IMG/VR virus record: IMGVR_UViG_3300032280_000320
Location: 32,001 to 96,000 of that record
Direction: 5' to 3' (one strand)
From: a virus
Lineage: Duplodnaviria > Caudoviricetes
DNA: 64,000 nt
The notes beneath the pieces were generated by a model. It ran no database searches. It was given only the letters and a program-made list of their open reading frames with translations, and was not told the origin of the DNA. The stretch's first letter is position 1. Each line of letters opens with the position of its first letter. A program made the translations under genes and the position numbers. Positions 37,112-47,617 of the stretch are shown in pieces.

Positions 37112-37529
37112 TTTGTTGATTCTCCGACCTTGATAATGTAGTGTTATATCCAACAACATTTCCAAAAGGATCAGTAATTGGAGTTGATCCAACAACCTCA
37201 AAAACCGTTGGGGTCTCTGTTGGGAAATCTATTTCTGTCCAGATTGATTTGTTTTTTGCATCACGAATATTAGTAGCCTTTTCTCTATAGGTTATTCTTT
37301 CTGATGTTCTGACCTGGATCATTTGCTGGTTTGTGTATTTGTTTCCAAATACCTGCCTGTCATTCGTGCTACTTGATGAAGAGTTGCTAATGATTCCTTT
37401 TGCGTGGCAATCTAATGTTTTATAAAAATTCCAAGATTTTAATATTGCCCCAGTGTTTGGGTCTTGTGAATCAGACTGTCTATATAGATCCAATCTCATT
37501 ACCAATATTGAGTCTATAAGGTCTAACAT
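37101..37529 (-). CDS. head-tail stopper/adaptor (putative)
   Basis: Beta-rich 142 aa (QDPNTGAILKSW...FEVVGSTPITDPFG); synteny. Confidence 0.6.
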   Translation of the reverse strand: MLDLIDSILVMRLDLYRQSDSQDPNTGAILKSWNFYKTLDCHAKGIISNSSSSSTNDRQVFGNKYTNQQMIQVRTSERITYREKATNIRDAKNKSIWTEIDFPTETPTVFEVVGSTPITDPFGNVVGYNTTLSRSENQQIGI

Positions 37530-38515
37530 TATATAACAACCATGCTGCTTATGACATATGGGTAGAGTAGCTGGTCTGCGTATGCATTACCAGTTCCTCT
37601 GTAAGCATCTGATGCATATTCAAACTGCCAATCAAATGTTTTAATATTCTTTAGGTACTTATTTGTCCAAACTCTATCCTTAGAGAAATAGTCTCCTATT
37701 AATTGGATAGCTGCCTGCTCAACATTGTCTGGTACTTCCGCCCAGCCAAATTTTCCTTGAATACGATACTTAACATCTTTCTGGAAAGCTCCGTGGTATG
37801 TGTCATTAATTGATGGCGGAATTAATCCATTTGCACTGTATGTTATGTTGTCAAGAGTATTAGTTCTATCTATTCTTAATCCAAAGCCTGTCTCAGAAAT
37901 TATTGGATTGAATACCCAATTTGTTTCTTCATTTATATTGTCTATAAGCTTTATATCATTTCCATATAACTCATGCAATGCATTAATTTTAAATGGCAGT
38001 GGCAAAACATCAGAACCTGATCCGTATATAGATTCAGTGCTATCGTACAAATAGAATCTTTGTCCTGTATAGCTTTCAATTACTTTACGGGCAAATTTTT
38101 CTGCCATAACTAATTCATGATAGCTTTTATACATTGGGTCGGATGGATCTGTTCCAAGACCAAGATCTTCAATAACTTCAGCAAGAGAAGCATATGGAGT
38201 TACAACATTCACAAATGTTTCATGCTGTATGCTAGTTGAATTCATCTGGTACTTCCAGACAAGCTTTAAGCTCTTGTCTCTGTTGGTTATTGAATATGGA
38301 ATATTAATTTGATATGATCCATAATCAACCTCAGATTTTGACGCCAATATGTTTGTAAGTATTGGTGTTGCTGGGTTAACAGATGGTAATATTCCTGGGT
38401 CTTCAGTTATGTCATATATGTCTACACGTACATCACTTTCGGCATCAACAATAGCGCCACCCCAAAAAATTTTAGTAGACGCTGGTGCGTTGCTGTTTTT
38501 ATATACTTCTGCCAT
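37529..38515 (-). CDS. head-tail connector/adaptor protein
   Basis: PYASLAEV...ARKVIESYTGQRF...GKFGWAEVPDNVEQAAIQL, a gp6/gp15-like pattern. Confidence 0.7.
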   Translation of the reverse strand: MAEVYKNSNAPASTKIFWGGAIVDAESDVRVDIYDITEDPGILPSVNPATPILTNILASKSEVDYGSYQINIPYSITNRDKSLKLVWKYQMNSTSIQHETFVNVVTPYASLAEVIEDLGLGTDPSDPMYKSYHELVMAEKFARKVIESYTGQRFYLYDSTESIYGSGSDVLPLPFKINALHELYGNDIKLIDNINEETNWVFNPIISETGFGLRIDRTNTLDNITYSANGLIPPSINDTYHGAFQKDVKYRIQGKFGWAEVPDNVEQAAIQLIGDYFSKDRVWTNKYLKNIKTFDWQFEYASDAYRGTGNAYADQLLYPYVISSMVVI

Positions 38516-38529
38516 ATATAACGTTTCGT

Positions 38530-38922
38530 TTAGTTATAGAAGTCTTGAACTTCCTTTGGTGTGGCTAAACGAAAACCCTCCTCTGTGTCAAAGATTTTTT
38601 GAGCATCTTCTTCAGACATTGCTACGAATGGATGATCATTTGTAAATGTATGTCCATGAATATCATATCTAAAGTTTGCTCTTGTCATGCGTACCAAGAC
38701 TGAATCTTCTAGCTGTGCTTTTGGATCAAACTTTGGCAAAATTTCAATTTCTTCTGCTGCTTCCTCTAGTGTCTGCAATGTCTTTGCATACACTGAATAG
38801 GTAACTCCTTCTTCTGCAAGTGCAGCTATGATATCCTTTTTATTTTTAAGGCCATCTGTGTCTACCGCAAAATCTTCTGCTATTGTTTTTAATTCGGCTA
38901 CTTTTAATGTGTCAAACGACAT
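38530..38922 (-). CDS. protein with N-terminal Rho-N/HeH-like helix-extension-helix
   Basis: LKVAELKTIAEDFAVDTDGLKNKKDIIAAL. Confidence 0.6.
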   Translation of the reverse strand: MSFDTLKVAELKTIAEDFAVDTDGLKNKKDIIAALAEEGVTYSVYAKTLQTLEEAAEEIEILPKFDPKAQLEDSVLVRMTRANFRYDIHGHTFTNDHPFVAMSEEDAQKIFDTEEGFRLATPKEVQDFYN

Positions 38923-38975
38923 ATTTATTTCTCCTTCTTGTAGGTCATTTAATTATAGCATTAGTCAATTAAAAT

Positions 38976-39007
38976 GAAAAGCCCCCAAAATTAATTGGGG
39001 GCCTTTC
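38976..39007 (-). terminator. intrinsic terminator after the major capsid gene
   Basis: GCCCCCAA/TTGGGGGC stem followed by TTTTCATTTT on the minus strand; extended -10 TGC-TATAAT follows at 38960-38952. Confidence 0.75.
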
Positions 39008-39029
39008 TTGGGATTAATTCTTAAATTAA

Positions 39030-40100
39030 TTAAGAAGCAACCTTTACGTTCTTTACAACGACCCAAGCATCTGCTTGTTCGATTTGAACGCCAACGCGAG
39101 TATACATTGTGTACTCAATTGAGTCCTTACGTGGCCAGAAGAAGCGGTAAACTGTAACGTCACGCTTGATACCAATAACTACGTTATTTGGGAATGTCAA
39201 GTGGATGTCACCGTGTGAACCAGATGCTCCTGAGTATGAACCTGTCTGAACTTCTGGAAGAAGTGGAACTTCAACGATTGGAATACCAAATGCGTATGGA
39301 GCTACATATCCTGCAGGACCAGAAACTGGTGCAACCTCACCACGGATGATGCCTGAAGCAATATCTTGTGGGTTAACGTTCTGGATGTTCTGTGATGTTG
39401 AGTATAAGTAATCCTGGATCAAGTTTGAACCTGATAGGAAGCGAAGGTCTGTACGACGCTGCTTGTACTTACGTGGAAGAGCCTTAAGTGCTGAGTTGAA
39501 AACTGCACGAGAAATTCCCGCACCAGCTGCATCAACGACATGACCGTGAGCCTTTGCCTTCTTAACTGCACCGTCAAATGACTTATAAAGTGCATCTGAT
39601 GATAGTGCTGTATCGCCATTAAGAACTAGGTCTTCAATGTCGTTACCTGCCTGTGTTGCCATCATTCTGGCAATGTGATCTTCGAGATCAGCACCTTCAA
39701 TGTTGTCTTCTAGTGACTCAGTTGAAAGCTCCCAATCTAAACGAAGCTTCTTTGTTGTTAGAGAGATCTTTGAGAATGTCACTGGTGCGTTAACGCCTGT
39801 GTTTTCTCCTTCGGTTGCTAGCTTAACAAGCTTCTCACCGATTGACATGCGGTCAATCTCTGTTGTGTCAGACTTCATTCGGACCGTACGTGCAACCTTA
39901 CCAATTACGGTAGCGTCGAACATATAATCTAAAAATCTTGCTGACTGCTCTGGGTTTAGAACACCACCGTTGCCATTTTCTGACGCAACGTGATCTCCTG
40001 AACCACCTGTTGCAGATGCGAAAGTACCTCCGACGGCCTGTGGGCCACCAGCGATTGTTGTACCAGCTGCTGCTGCTTTTTCTAATAATTCATTACTCAT
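39030..40100 (-). CDS. major capsid protein (HK97 fold)
   Basis: GGVLNPEQSARFLDYM...ELSTESLEDNIEG...GNDIEDLVLNGD; follows protease/scaffold; followed by a terminator. Confidence 0.9.
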   Translation of the reverse strand: MSNELLEKAAAAGTTIAGGPQAVGGTFASATGGSGDHVASENGNGGVLNPEQSARFLDYMFDATVIGKVARTVRMKSDTTEIDRMSIGEKLVKLATEGENTGVNAPVTFSKISLTTKKLRLDWELSTESLEDNIEGADLEDHIARMMATQAGNDIEDLVLNGDTALSSDALYKSFDGAVKKAKAHGHVVDAAGAGISRAVFNSALKALPRKYKQRRTDLRFLSGSNLIQDYLYSTSQNIQNVNPQDIASGIIRGEVAPVSGPAGYVAPYAFGIPIVEVPLLPEVQTGSYSGASGSHGDIHLTFPNNVVIGIKRDVTVYRFFWPRKDSIEYTMYTRVGVQIEQADAWVVVKNVKVAS

Positions 40101-40117
40101 TTATTTCACCTACCTTT

Positions 40118-41431
40118 TTAGTTAAAGATTTCATTTACGGAACCGAGGAAAGAACCGTTCCATTTTGATTTAGATTTTGTTACTACTTCAGACCCGCCGA
40201 GGTCTGAAGACTTCTTAATTGCTGTTTCGCCTTCTACGGCATCAACACGCTTCTGAACACCGTCAATAGTGCCCTTGATTTCTGTTACTGCTGCGCTTAG
40301 TGCGCTGTGCTTCTCTGCTAACTCTGAAATTCTAACATCGACATTCTTGCTGAATGCTTCAACAGATTCTTTGATCTGTGAAACTTGTGCAGCATTTGCC
40401 TCTGTAGCCTTTGAAAGTGTGTCCGAGAAAAAGCCTTTTAGGTCGCCCAACATTTTTGCAAAATCAGGTGTATCAACCTCTGCTGTGGCTGCTTCTTCAA
40501 CGGAGTCGGCAGGAGCGTCTACTACTGCAGCTTCTGCTACAGGAGCATCTTCTACAATAGTTTCTACAACAGCTTCAACAGCTGGTGCTTCTTCTAGTAC
40601 GTCTACAGATTTTTCAATTACTGTCTCATTTTGTACGTCTGACACTTCATTACCTCCTTCTACGTTTGCCTGTTTTGCTATTTGTGTATCAGGCAACGCT
40701 AATCTTGTCTTCTTGAATGAAGCAAGAATCTTATCTATTTCTTTTGACTTGTTTATATCTGATGATTCAACCCAGCCAATTAGTGTCGCTGGCTTTCCAG
40801 ATATTGGTGAGTCAAATGTTTTTTCTGTTGATATAAATACAGAATCACTTTCTTCGCAATAAAAAATATTTTCAGCAACTACTTCTGTTGCTATACCTTT
40901 GTAAACCATCTTTCCACCAACTTTTTCAATAGAGAAAATATTGCATAGCTCATTTGCTGGTGAGTCTACAATTGATAGCTCAACAAGATCATAATCCTTA
41001 ATGAATCTTACTGCTTCTCCTGTTGCCTTGTTAACTTCATTGTCTGACTCATTAATCTTTCCGCCGATTGAAAAACCAGAAAGAGTGCCATCAAGAATTT
41101 TTTCCCAAGTATCTTGTGCACCCTTTGAAATGTATGAAGTTACATAAACTCCATTATAAAATGTCTGTGACTTTTGATCGTAGTATGTCTCTGGCTTAAA
41201 TCCAATAACTTTGCCTACTGCAATTGCTTGATGCATCTCTCTAAGATTTCCACGGAAATTTTCAAATGCCTTCATGCTTGCTTCTGCTGTAACAACGTCG
41301 CCTGTTTGGTCAACATTGTCTAATGTTGCAAATCCTGATACAGTTCTCTGCTCACGGTTTACTTTTGTAAATGGGACTGAGAGATGGAGCTTTTCTCCAT
41401 CACTAGACCAGTTAGACTTTTCGATAATCAT
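40118..41431 (-). CDS. prohead protease fused to acidic/coiled-coil scaffold
   Basis: RTVSGFATLDNVDQTGDVV...REMH...GTLSGFSIGG...ELSIVDSPAN; Glu/Ala-rich linker plus coiled coil. Probable start MIIEKS at 41431, 7 nt after TAAAAT. Confidence 0.85.
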   Translation of the reverse strand: MIIEKSNWSSDGEKLHLSVPFTKVNREQRTVSGFATLDNVDQTGDVVTAEASMKAFENFRGNLREMHQAIAVGKVIGFKPETYYDQKSQTFYNGVYVTSYISKGAQDTWEKILDGTLSGFSIGGKINESDNEVNKATGEAVRFIKDYDLVELSIVDSPANELCNIFSIEKVGGKMVYKGIATEVVAENIFYCEESDSVFISTEKTFDSPISGKPATLIGWVESSDINKSKEIDKILASFKKTRLALPDTQIAKQANVEGGNEVSDVQNETVIEKSVDVLEEAPAVEAVVETIVEDAPVAEAAVVDAPADSVEEAATAEVDTPDFAKMLGDLKGFFSDTLSKATEANAAQVSQIKESVEAFSKNVDVRISELAEKHSALSAAVTEIKGTIDGVQKRVDAVEGETAIKKSSDLGGSEVVTKSKSKWNGSFLGSVNEIFN

Positions 41432-41484
41432 ATGCTTAATTTTATAGGTATATATATCAAAAGGCAAATAGTAGTTGAGTAAAG

Positions 41485-43071
41485 TTATTTGACTTTTGGA
41501 CCGTCGCCCTTTGCATTCCTGCCTTCCCCGTTTTTGTCTGGGGCATTCTTGGCACGTTCTTGGTCTCTAGTTTTATTGCCAGTCGATTTAGCTTTTTGAT
41601 CAGCCTCTTGCTGTGGCTTTAATTCTATGACTTCGTCTCCTCCGTCTAAAGGAATCATGCCCTTTCTAATTCTAACTTCATTAGGAGTAAGAACCTGCAT
41701 GCGTAGATAAATCTCATCAATTTGGCTCTGAGAAATCTCATCAGTTAGGCTTAGCTCATTAAATTTAATAACTAGAGCGTCTGTCTTTTCTTCAATAATT
41801 GCATTGATTTTCTTCTCAAGTCTCATCTGTGCTGGACGGCAGACCTGCTCTTTAAATGTCTTGTCTGCATCACGAGCAACTGCTAAATTTACTCCTGGTG
41901 GGGTACCAATTTTATTAATTGGTACACGATGAGCCATAAGAATTTCGTCTCTATTTGTTTCACGGTATACGTTAAATGAAGACTCTTGTGCGCCTGCCTC
42001 AATAGGCTCCATCTTAAATTCTGTCTTTGAGTCTGGTGTGTCTGCTGGCAAAGGAATATAAAGGGATCTGTGATTCTTGCCCTTAAGACCTACCTGAAAA
42101 AACTCAAGTAACTTTCTTTCTGACTCTGGTGAAAGCTTTGCGCCCTTTACTGTAATAATATATCTTGGCACTGCTTTATTTTCAAAGTAGTCAAGGTTGT
42201 ATCTTCCAGAAAATTCATTTCCAGTTAATGCCATTTGTGCTGCAATAATGTCTGGGATTCCGTAGTAATTATTCATTGGTGTGTATTTCTTTAAATGAAT
42301 AATCTCGTTAGGTCTATCCTCTGCACCTGCTATCGGATTGGGTGTTTCTGTATCTCCGAAGTTTCTAAAAAATACAGCCTTTCCATATAGAAGCTGCATG
42401 AATCCATCACGTAGTCTGCGTACACGCATAGTCTTTGATGGTATGTGTCCAATATATCCAATGTTACCAGCTGTGGTTCTACCTATTTCAATGTAGCCAT
42501 TTCCAGTTGCTTCAAGGTCTGTATAAGCTTTGATTAGTGTTTCTGTAAAAGTATCTTCATCATTTGTAGAGTCAAGCCAATCTTGTAGATCCTGCTTTAA
42601 TTTATTGATCTTTCTTCTTGCTCTTTCAAGCTGCTTGTCGTCTGTTATTTCATCAATAGCGTCGTTGGTTTTTCTTGTCTCCATAAAATTGTATCCAAGC
42701 CCAACAATATTTGCAACTTTAGCATTTACTGCAGCATAGTTATATGTTGATATTTCGTATACCTGAGACAAGTATTCTAAATTATATTGTGGCTGAATAA
42801 GGTCAAACATAGCATATCCGCTAATTGCTTGAGCCATTAAGTTCTGCTGTGTAGCCGCCCCGTCTTGACCACTAAATGATTTAGAAAAATCTCTATTTAT
42901 TTTTCTTTTAAAGTTAGTTCCAAGACCTCTTACCTTTTTTAAATCATCGATGCCTATTGCAAATGGATCAAAGTGCTCTTTTTCTTTTTTAAATGAAAAC
43001 CAGTCAGCAGTATTTGATATGTTGATTGTTGAAGAGTTGTCTTCGCCATCTTCAATAAATTGTGCTGTCAT
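41485..43071 (-). CDS. portal protein
   Basis: DLEATGNGYIEI...EIIHLK...YYGIPD...YFENKAVPRYII...AHRVP...LTPNEVR. Confidence 0.92.
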   Translation of the reverse strand: MTAQFIEDGEDNSSTINISNTADWFSFKKEKEHFDPFAIGIDDLKKVRGLGTNFKRKINRDFSKSFSGQDGAATQQNLMAQAISGYAMFDLIQPQYNLEYLSQVYEISTYNYAAVNAKVANIVGLGYNFMETRKTNDAIDEITDDKQLERARRKINKLKQDLQDWLDSTNDEDTFTETLIKAYTDLEATGNGYIEIGRTTAGNIGYIGHIPSKTMRVRRLRDGFMQLLYGKAVFFRNFGDTETPNPIAGAEDRPNEIIHLKKYTPMNNYYGIPDIIAAQMALTGNEFSGRYNLDYFENKAVPRYIITVKGAKLSPESERKLLEFFQVGLKGKNHRSLYIPLPADTPDSKTEFKMEPIEAGAQESSFNVYRETNRDEILMAHRVPINKIGTPPGVNLAVARDADKTFKEQVCRPAQMRLEKKINAIIEEKTDALVIKFNELSLTDEISQSQIDEIYLRMQVLTPNEVRIRKGMIPLDGGDEVIELKPQQEADQKAKSTGNKTRDQERAKNAPDKNGEGRNAKGDGPKVK

Positions 43072-43406
43072 TGTACTTTACCATTCCTTAAGGCACCATC
43101 TTTGTAGTTACCAATGTCTAGTGGATCTGGTAGAAGACCCCACTGAAGTCTTTGTGACTGATGTTCAAATTCTTCATCATCAATTTTTCTACGACCCGCT
43201 AAAAACTTTGGCTGCCCTACATCAATACCGTATGAGCGCACTTCTCTTGCAAGCTGGTCCATCTTTGACTTGTTGCCCTTCATGGATGTGACTGAAAGGA
43301 AGTTGCCGTCATCGTCACCAATCCATCTGCCATCTGGCATTTCCCATACGTATATGCCAAGTCGTGTTTCTTCTACAATTGATGATTTTTGATTTAAGAT
43401 GTCCAT
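43068..43406 (-). CDS. hypothetical protein upstream of portal
   Basis: Coupled to portal; probable start MDILNQ, 8 nt after TGG-TAAAAT (43423-43415). Confidence 0.65.
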   Translation of the reverse strand: MDILNQKSSIVEETRLGIYVWEMPDGRWIGDDDGNFLSVTSMKGNKSKMDQLAREVRSYGIDVGQPKFLAGRRKIDDEEFEHQSQRLQWGLLPDPLDIGNYKDGALRNGKVQ

Positions 43407-43468
43407 AGTAATTAATTTTACCATTACTTAGTGCCAAAGTCCAGATTTTGTCAAGACTTTGTACAAAA

Positions 43469-45283
43469 TTATGAGTTCTGGAGAACCACCCAGTCATTAT
43501 CGTAGTACTCGACAGAGCTTTCGGTCATTCCGATGCCAGAATCATATACTATTGCAGTTGCTCTGCCTATATACAATGAATAATTATATAAACATTCAGA
43601 TACATTAAACTGCTTTTCATACAGGGTTATATTTTGATACAAAGACTTTGGGCCAGACCCATTAAACTCTATATCTCCAGATATTGGGGTTCTTAGTACG
43701 ACTAGAATATGATACATATTGCCAGGCTCAAAAACCGTTGATATATTTGAATCAAATATCTTACTTACTCCATTGACATAGAATCTCAAAATGTTACTTC
43801 CTATGCTTATTTGACCTGAGCTATTCCATGAAATTCCGTCAACAATGGATCCCGCAATTCTGGAGTTTGGGGTATAAAACATTTCTATTGTATTTATTTG
43901 GCTGGAGGTGTTAATGAAGAATCCTGAACCAGCCTCTACATTTACTCCGCTTCTTGAGTCTCTAGTCATAATAGGATATCTTCTATTACCAATTCCAATA
44001 TTGTTATCTCCTGGATATAGGTAGTCTTGAGAATTGTTTGAATACTCTTTATTGTCGGCATACATTTTAACTATGAGATACTCTAAAGATGGTATATATC
44101 TAGATGTATCTTCAGATGTAAATACTATTTTAATGTAAAGCTTTCTTGATTCACTAAAGTCTGTTGAGGTATATTGAGGTATTACTGAGTTGTTTTCACA
44201 CGGCTCAAATGCTATTCCGTCTGTACTTGAAAATACTGTTATTCCATTATCTCCTGCCCATTCTATTTTTGAAGAAGTTGGAGAAAGAGAGTATGGAATA
44301 TATATCATGTCTGTTATTTCAACAATAGAATCTTCTGCGGTATCTGTTTTAGATATAGAAAGTGTTTTTTTAGATGTGTTGTGATCAAGACCATCTACTA
44401 ATATATCTGACCAATCTTTATCTACTGGGTATCTAAAAACAAAATCTGTCATATAGTTGCTGTCATTGATTTCAAAAGCTTTTCCATTTAATGGACCATA
44501 GACATCTAAAGGCCTTGTTGATACTGCATTTAAATAATGATTTTTAATTTTAACATCTGTTAGTGCGTATCTGTATATTGCTAGGCCGTTTACTAAAAAG
44601 TAGTTGCTGCTATTTTCAGTTGGCCCGCATAGCAAAGATAAGCTAGAATTTGTAAATTTAAAGTTTTCAATGTCTATCGATGAAACCAATTCTCCATCTA
44701 CATAAAGCATTGCGGAGTCTTTGTTGTACACTGCAGCCAGATAGTAGGCCTTCTTTTTGTATGGCAAAGTATACTCAATAGTATTTGTATTTAGCTTAAA
44801 AAGAATATTGCCTTTATGATAGAACAGACCTACGCTATTTAATGAATCTCCAATTAGTGGTATTGGATCAGACTCTAAAGCATTGATTGATGGGTATATA
44901 AAAATTTCAAAAGAAAATGTATTATCAGAGAATGTATCTTTTGCAAATCCGCCTTTAACAATTTCTCCGTTGTATCCTCTTGCATTATTTATATTAATAG
45001 ATGCAGCGCTATCTATTTTTATTGCATATGGGTCACCGTATACTAAAGGGATAATATCTGACTTTACTTCTCCTGAATAGAATCCGTTATTTTGGCAACC
45101 AGAAATATCAACAACTGCATTTCCAGAGTCTAATGAGTAGTTCGCAAATGCAGCTTTAAATTCCTCATATGTATTATAATCATTCAATACATCTTGGTAA
45201 GACGGAATGCTAAATGATTCTGTTATTGCACCGCTATAATATACTATTGGGTTGTCTGATAAGACAGAGTATTTATATGACAT
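43469..45283 (-). CDS. LamG/concanavalin-A-like domain virion protein
   Basis: MSYKYSVLSDNPIVYY...FSFEIFI...YYLAAVY...LYVDGELV...LAIYRYALT...IKNHY. Confidence 0.7.
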   Translation of the reverse strand: MSYKYSVLSDNPIVYYSGAITESFSIPSYQDVLNDYNTYEEFKAAFANYSLDSGNAVVDISGCQNNGFYSGEVKSDIIPLVYGDPYAIKIDSAASININNARGYNGEIVKGGFAKDTFSDNTFSFEIFIYPSINALESDPIPLIGDSLNSVGLFYHKGNILFKLNTNTIEYTLPYKKKAYYLAAVYNKDSAMLYVDGELVSSIDIENFKFTNSSLSLLCGPTENSSNYFLVNGLAIYRYALTDVKIKNHYLNAVSTRPLDVYGPLNGKAFEINDSNYMTDFVFRYPVDKDWSDILVDGLDHNTSKKTLSISKTDTAEDSIVEITDMIYIPYSLSPTSSKIEWAGDNGITVFSSTDGIAFEPCENNSVIPQYTSTDFSESRKLYIKIVFTSEDTSRYIPSLEYLIVKMYADNKEYSNNSQDYLYPGDNNIGIGNRRYPIMTRDSRSGVNVEAGSGFFINTSSQINTIEMFYTPNSRIAGSIVDGISWNSSGQISIGSNILRFYVNGVSKIFDSNISTVFEPGNMYHILVVLRTPISGDIEFNGSGPKSLYQNITLYEKQFNVSECLYNYSLYIGRATAIVYDSGIGMTESSVEYYDNDWVVLQNS

Positions 45284-45285
45284 AA

Positions 45286-46266
45286 TTACCCCTGTTCTAG
45301 TTGTGCAACTCTTGTAGATAATTCCTGTACGGCTTTGATAAGTGGAGCAATAAACTGCTCATATCTTAATGCTTGGCTTTGATCTTCTTTCAGAATCCAT
45401 CCGCCAAAATCTTCTGCCCCAGATCCATCTACTGCTGCTTTTACTTCTTGAGCTATTAATCCATAATGAACTCTTTCGCCAGCAACTGGTGTTTCAATCT
45501 GATTGCCTTCTGGGTCAAAGGTGGTTACGGTATCGCCAACTATGTATTTATATTTTACTGGGTTTAGAGAATTAATAAAGTTTAGCCCTAAATCAGAAGA
45601 CTCTATCTCTGTTTTTAAATTTAAGTCTGAAGGTGTAATTAAAGATGCAGCATATACTGAGCCTTGGAAAAATCCTCTTTTCCAATTCTTTGCAACTGGT
45701 ATTCCAGAAAATGCATCAACTTCTTGGCCTAAATCAAAAAAGTTATTTGATGACGGGTACCAGTTTGAGTTAACTCCATATGCAGAAGATGTTGCTAAGT
45801 TTAAACTTATTCTATTATCTAGCGGATCAATGTTTGCATTTTGTCCTGCTGGACCTTGAGGTCCTGCTGCTCCTGTTGCTCCGTCTGCACCTCTTGGAAT
45901 AGTAAAATTTAATTTTACATCAGATATTGTTCCAGAGTTTGTAACAGATGCATTTGTTCCAGCTGCGCCTGTTGATGTTGATTGAACTGTTATTGTTGCA
46001 GCAGCGTCGCCTTTATCGCCTTCTGGACCTACGGGGCCCTGAACACCCTGCACACCTTGTGAGCCAGTTGCGCCAGTCAATCCCTGCGGACCCTGCGGTC
46101 CTTGCGCTCCTGTGGCTCCTGTGGGTCCTGCGGGCCCTACAGGGCCTGGGTGTGAGTCTAGGTACTGGTCAATGTCCAAAGCAAGCTGAGAGATATCCCT
46201 AGGTACGTCAGGGGTATCTGTATAGTCTGGGTAACTAAAGTTCTTGTCATTTGGTACAGTAGCCAT
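45286..46266 (-). CDS. collagen-repeat fibre protein with C-terminal peptidase S74 chaperone
   Basis: Gly-X-Y runs ([22 protein letters not shown]...), then SDLNLKTEI...LNPVKY...HYGLIAQEV...[17 protein letters not shown]; ATG 6 nt after TGG-TATAAT. Confidence 0.85.
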   Translation of the reverse strand: MATVPNDKNFSYPDYTDTPDVPRDISQLALDIDQYLDSHPGPVGPAGPTGATGAQGPQGPQGLTGATGSQGVQGVQGPVGPEGDKGDAAATITVQSTSTGAAGTNASVTNSGTISDVKLNFTIPRGADGATGAAGPQGPAGQNANIDPLDNRISLNLATSSAYGVNSNWYPSSNNFFDLGQEVDAFSGIPVAKNWKRGFFQGSVYAASLITPSDLNLKTEIESSDLGLNFINSLNPVKYKYIVGDTVTTFDPEGNQIETPVAGERVHYGLIAQEVKAAVDGSGAEDFGGWILKEDQSQALRYEQFIAPLIKAVQELSTRVAQLEQG

Positions 46267-46287
46267 TTTTTAATTATACCACCTAAA

Positions 46288-46890
46288 TTACCAAAGCCAA
46301 AAACCTGGGCACATATACTTTGTGCCAGATATTAACTTTTTAGATTGGTGCAGATATGGCTCTGAAGATGGGAATATGACTATGCTTCCAGCTTGAGGCT
46401 TTATAGTAACATTTTGATTTGGAAATGCTAACTCTCCACCTTCATAATCATCGTTTAAATATGAAACAATAGAGTATCTTAATCTTGAATTTCCGTCATT
46501 TTGATCAGCATGTGGACCCATTTCTGTTCCAACATTATACTTTTTAATAGCTGAGTCGGTATCAATTTTTACATCGCCTTCTACATTATTATACTGTTTA
46601 TATAATGAAGCGCAGAATTTCATATTTGCAATAACGCTATTAATTATATAAAGCTCTTTTGAAGAAGGCTCTTTACCAATTTTTTCATAATTAGCATCAA
46701 TCATTTTTGCATAGCCGTATACTGTATCTGAATCGTTGCTTGCTGTCCAAGGCTTCCATTTAGATATAAATGCAGTATCAATTGAATCGTCATTCTCTGA
46801 CTGCTCTATAAGATCTATTAATCTGCTAGGCTCAGAAATTGAATTAGTAAAATAAAATATGTTTGGTGCTAATTGGTGAAACTCGTACAT
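46288..46890 (-). CDS. prolyl-4-hydroxylase-like 2OG-Fe(II) oxygenase
   Basis: HAD...YLNDDYEGGEL...PYLH...GTKY. Confidence 0.88.
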   Translation of the reverse strand: MYEFHQLAPNIFYFTNSISEPSRLIDLIEQSENDDSIDTAFISKWKPWTASNDSDTVYGYAKMIDANYEKIGKEPSSKELYIINSVIANMKFCASLYKQYNNVEGDVKIDTDSAIKKYNVGTEMGPHADQNDGNSRLRYSIVSYLNDDYEGGELAFPNQNVTIKPQAGSIVIFPSSEPYLHQSKKLISGTKYMCPGFWLW

Positions 46891-46891
46891 T

Positions 46892-47608
46892 TCAATCTCC
46901 TATAAACTCGGTTCCAGTAAACCAAAATGATGGACACATGTATTTGTGTCCACTTTTAACTAAATGTGCTGTGTGACTGTATGGTGATGATGAAGGGAAT
47001 AATATTGCACTTCCCGCCTTTGGTTTTACAGAAACTGTTATCTTGTTTGCATTTTCTTTTGCAAGGAAGTCTGGGTGAGGCTTTTCTTCATGGCCAACAA
47101 TTCCATCTTGTATTGTAAATGAAATTTCTCCACCCTCGTAATCATCGTTAAGATATAATACTACAGAATATCTTAATCTTGTATCTCCTTCTTGCTGATC
47201 AAAATGTCCTCCCATAAAAGTTCCAACATCGTACTTATTGATTCCGACATCTTGGTACATATTAAGAGGGTCTTCTATTTTATAAAAATCTCTATATGCT
47301 TCAAATGAATTTTTGAATGCTGAGTTTATTGTGCCAAATATATAAGAAAACTTATCTAATGTATCTTCGTCAACAACTTTTGCTAGATCACCAGATTTGT
47401 AGCTTTTCCAATGATCTGAGTTTATGTTTTTATTTGTGCCATAAACATACATTTCTCCACTGCAGGCTTCCCATGATTTCCATTTTGGAATTAATGTAGT
47501 AATCTTTTCGTTATCTTCTGTTTTTTCAATTGCAGAAATTAACTCCTCATGGTTGTCAATTAAACCTGTTATATAAAGTATGCCATTGTTTATCTCTGTT
47601 ACATTCAT
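46892..47608 (-). CDS. prolyl-4-hydroxylase-like 2OG-Fe(II) oxygenase
   Basis: HFD...YLNDDYEGGEI...PYSH...GHKY. Confidence 0.88.
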   Translation of the reverse strand: MNVTEINNGILYITGLIDNHEELISAIEKTEDNEKITTLIPKWKSWEACSGEMYVYGTNKNINSDHWKSYKSGDLAKVVDEDTLDKFSYIFGTINSAFKNSFEAYRDFYKIEDPLNMYQDVGINKYDVGTFMGGHFDQQEGDTRLRYSVVLYLNDDYEGGEISFTIQDGIVGHEEKPHPDFLAKENANKITVSVKPKAGSAILFPSSSPYSHTAHLVKSGHKYMCPSFWFTGTEFIGD

Positions 47609-47617
47609 AGTGTCTCC

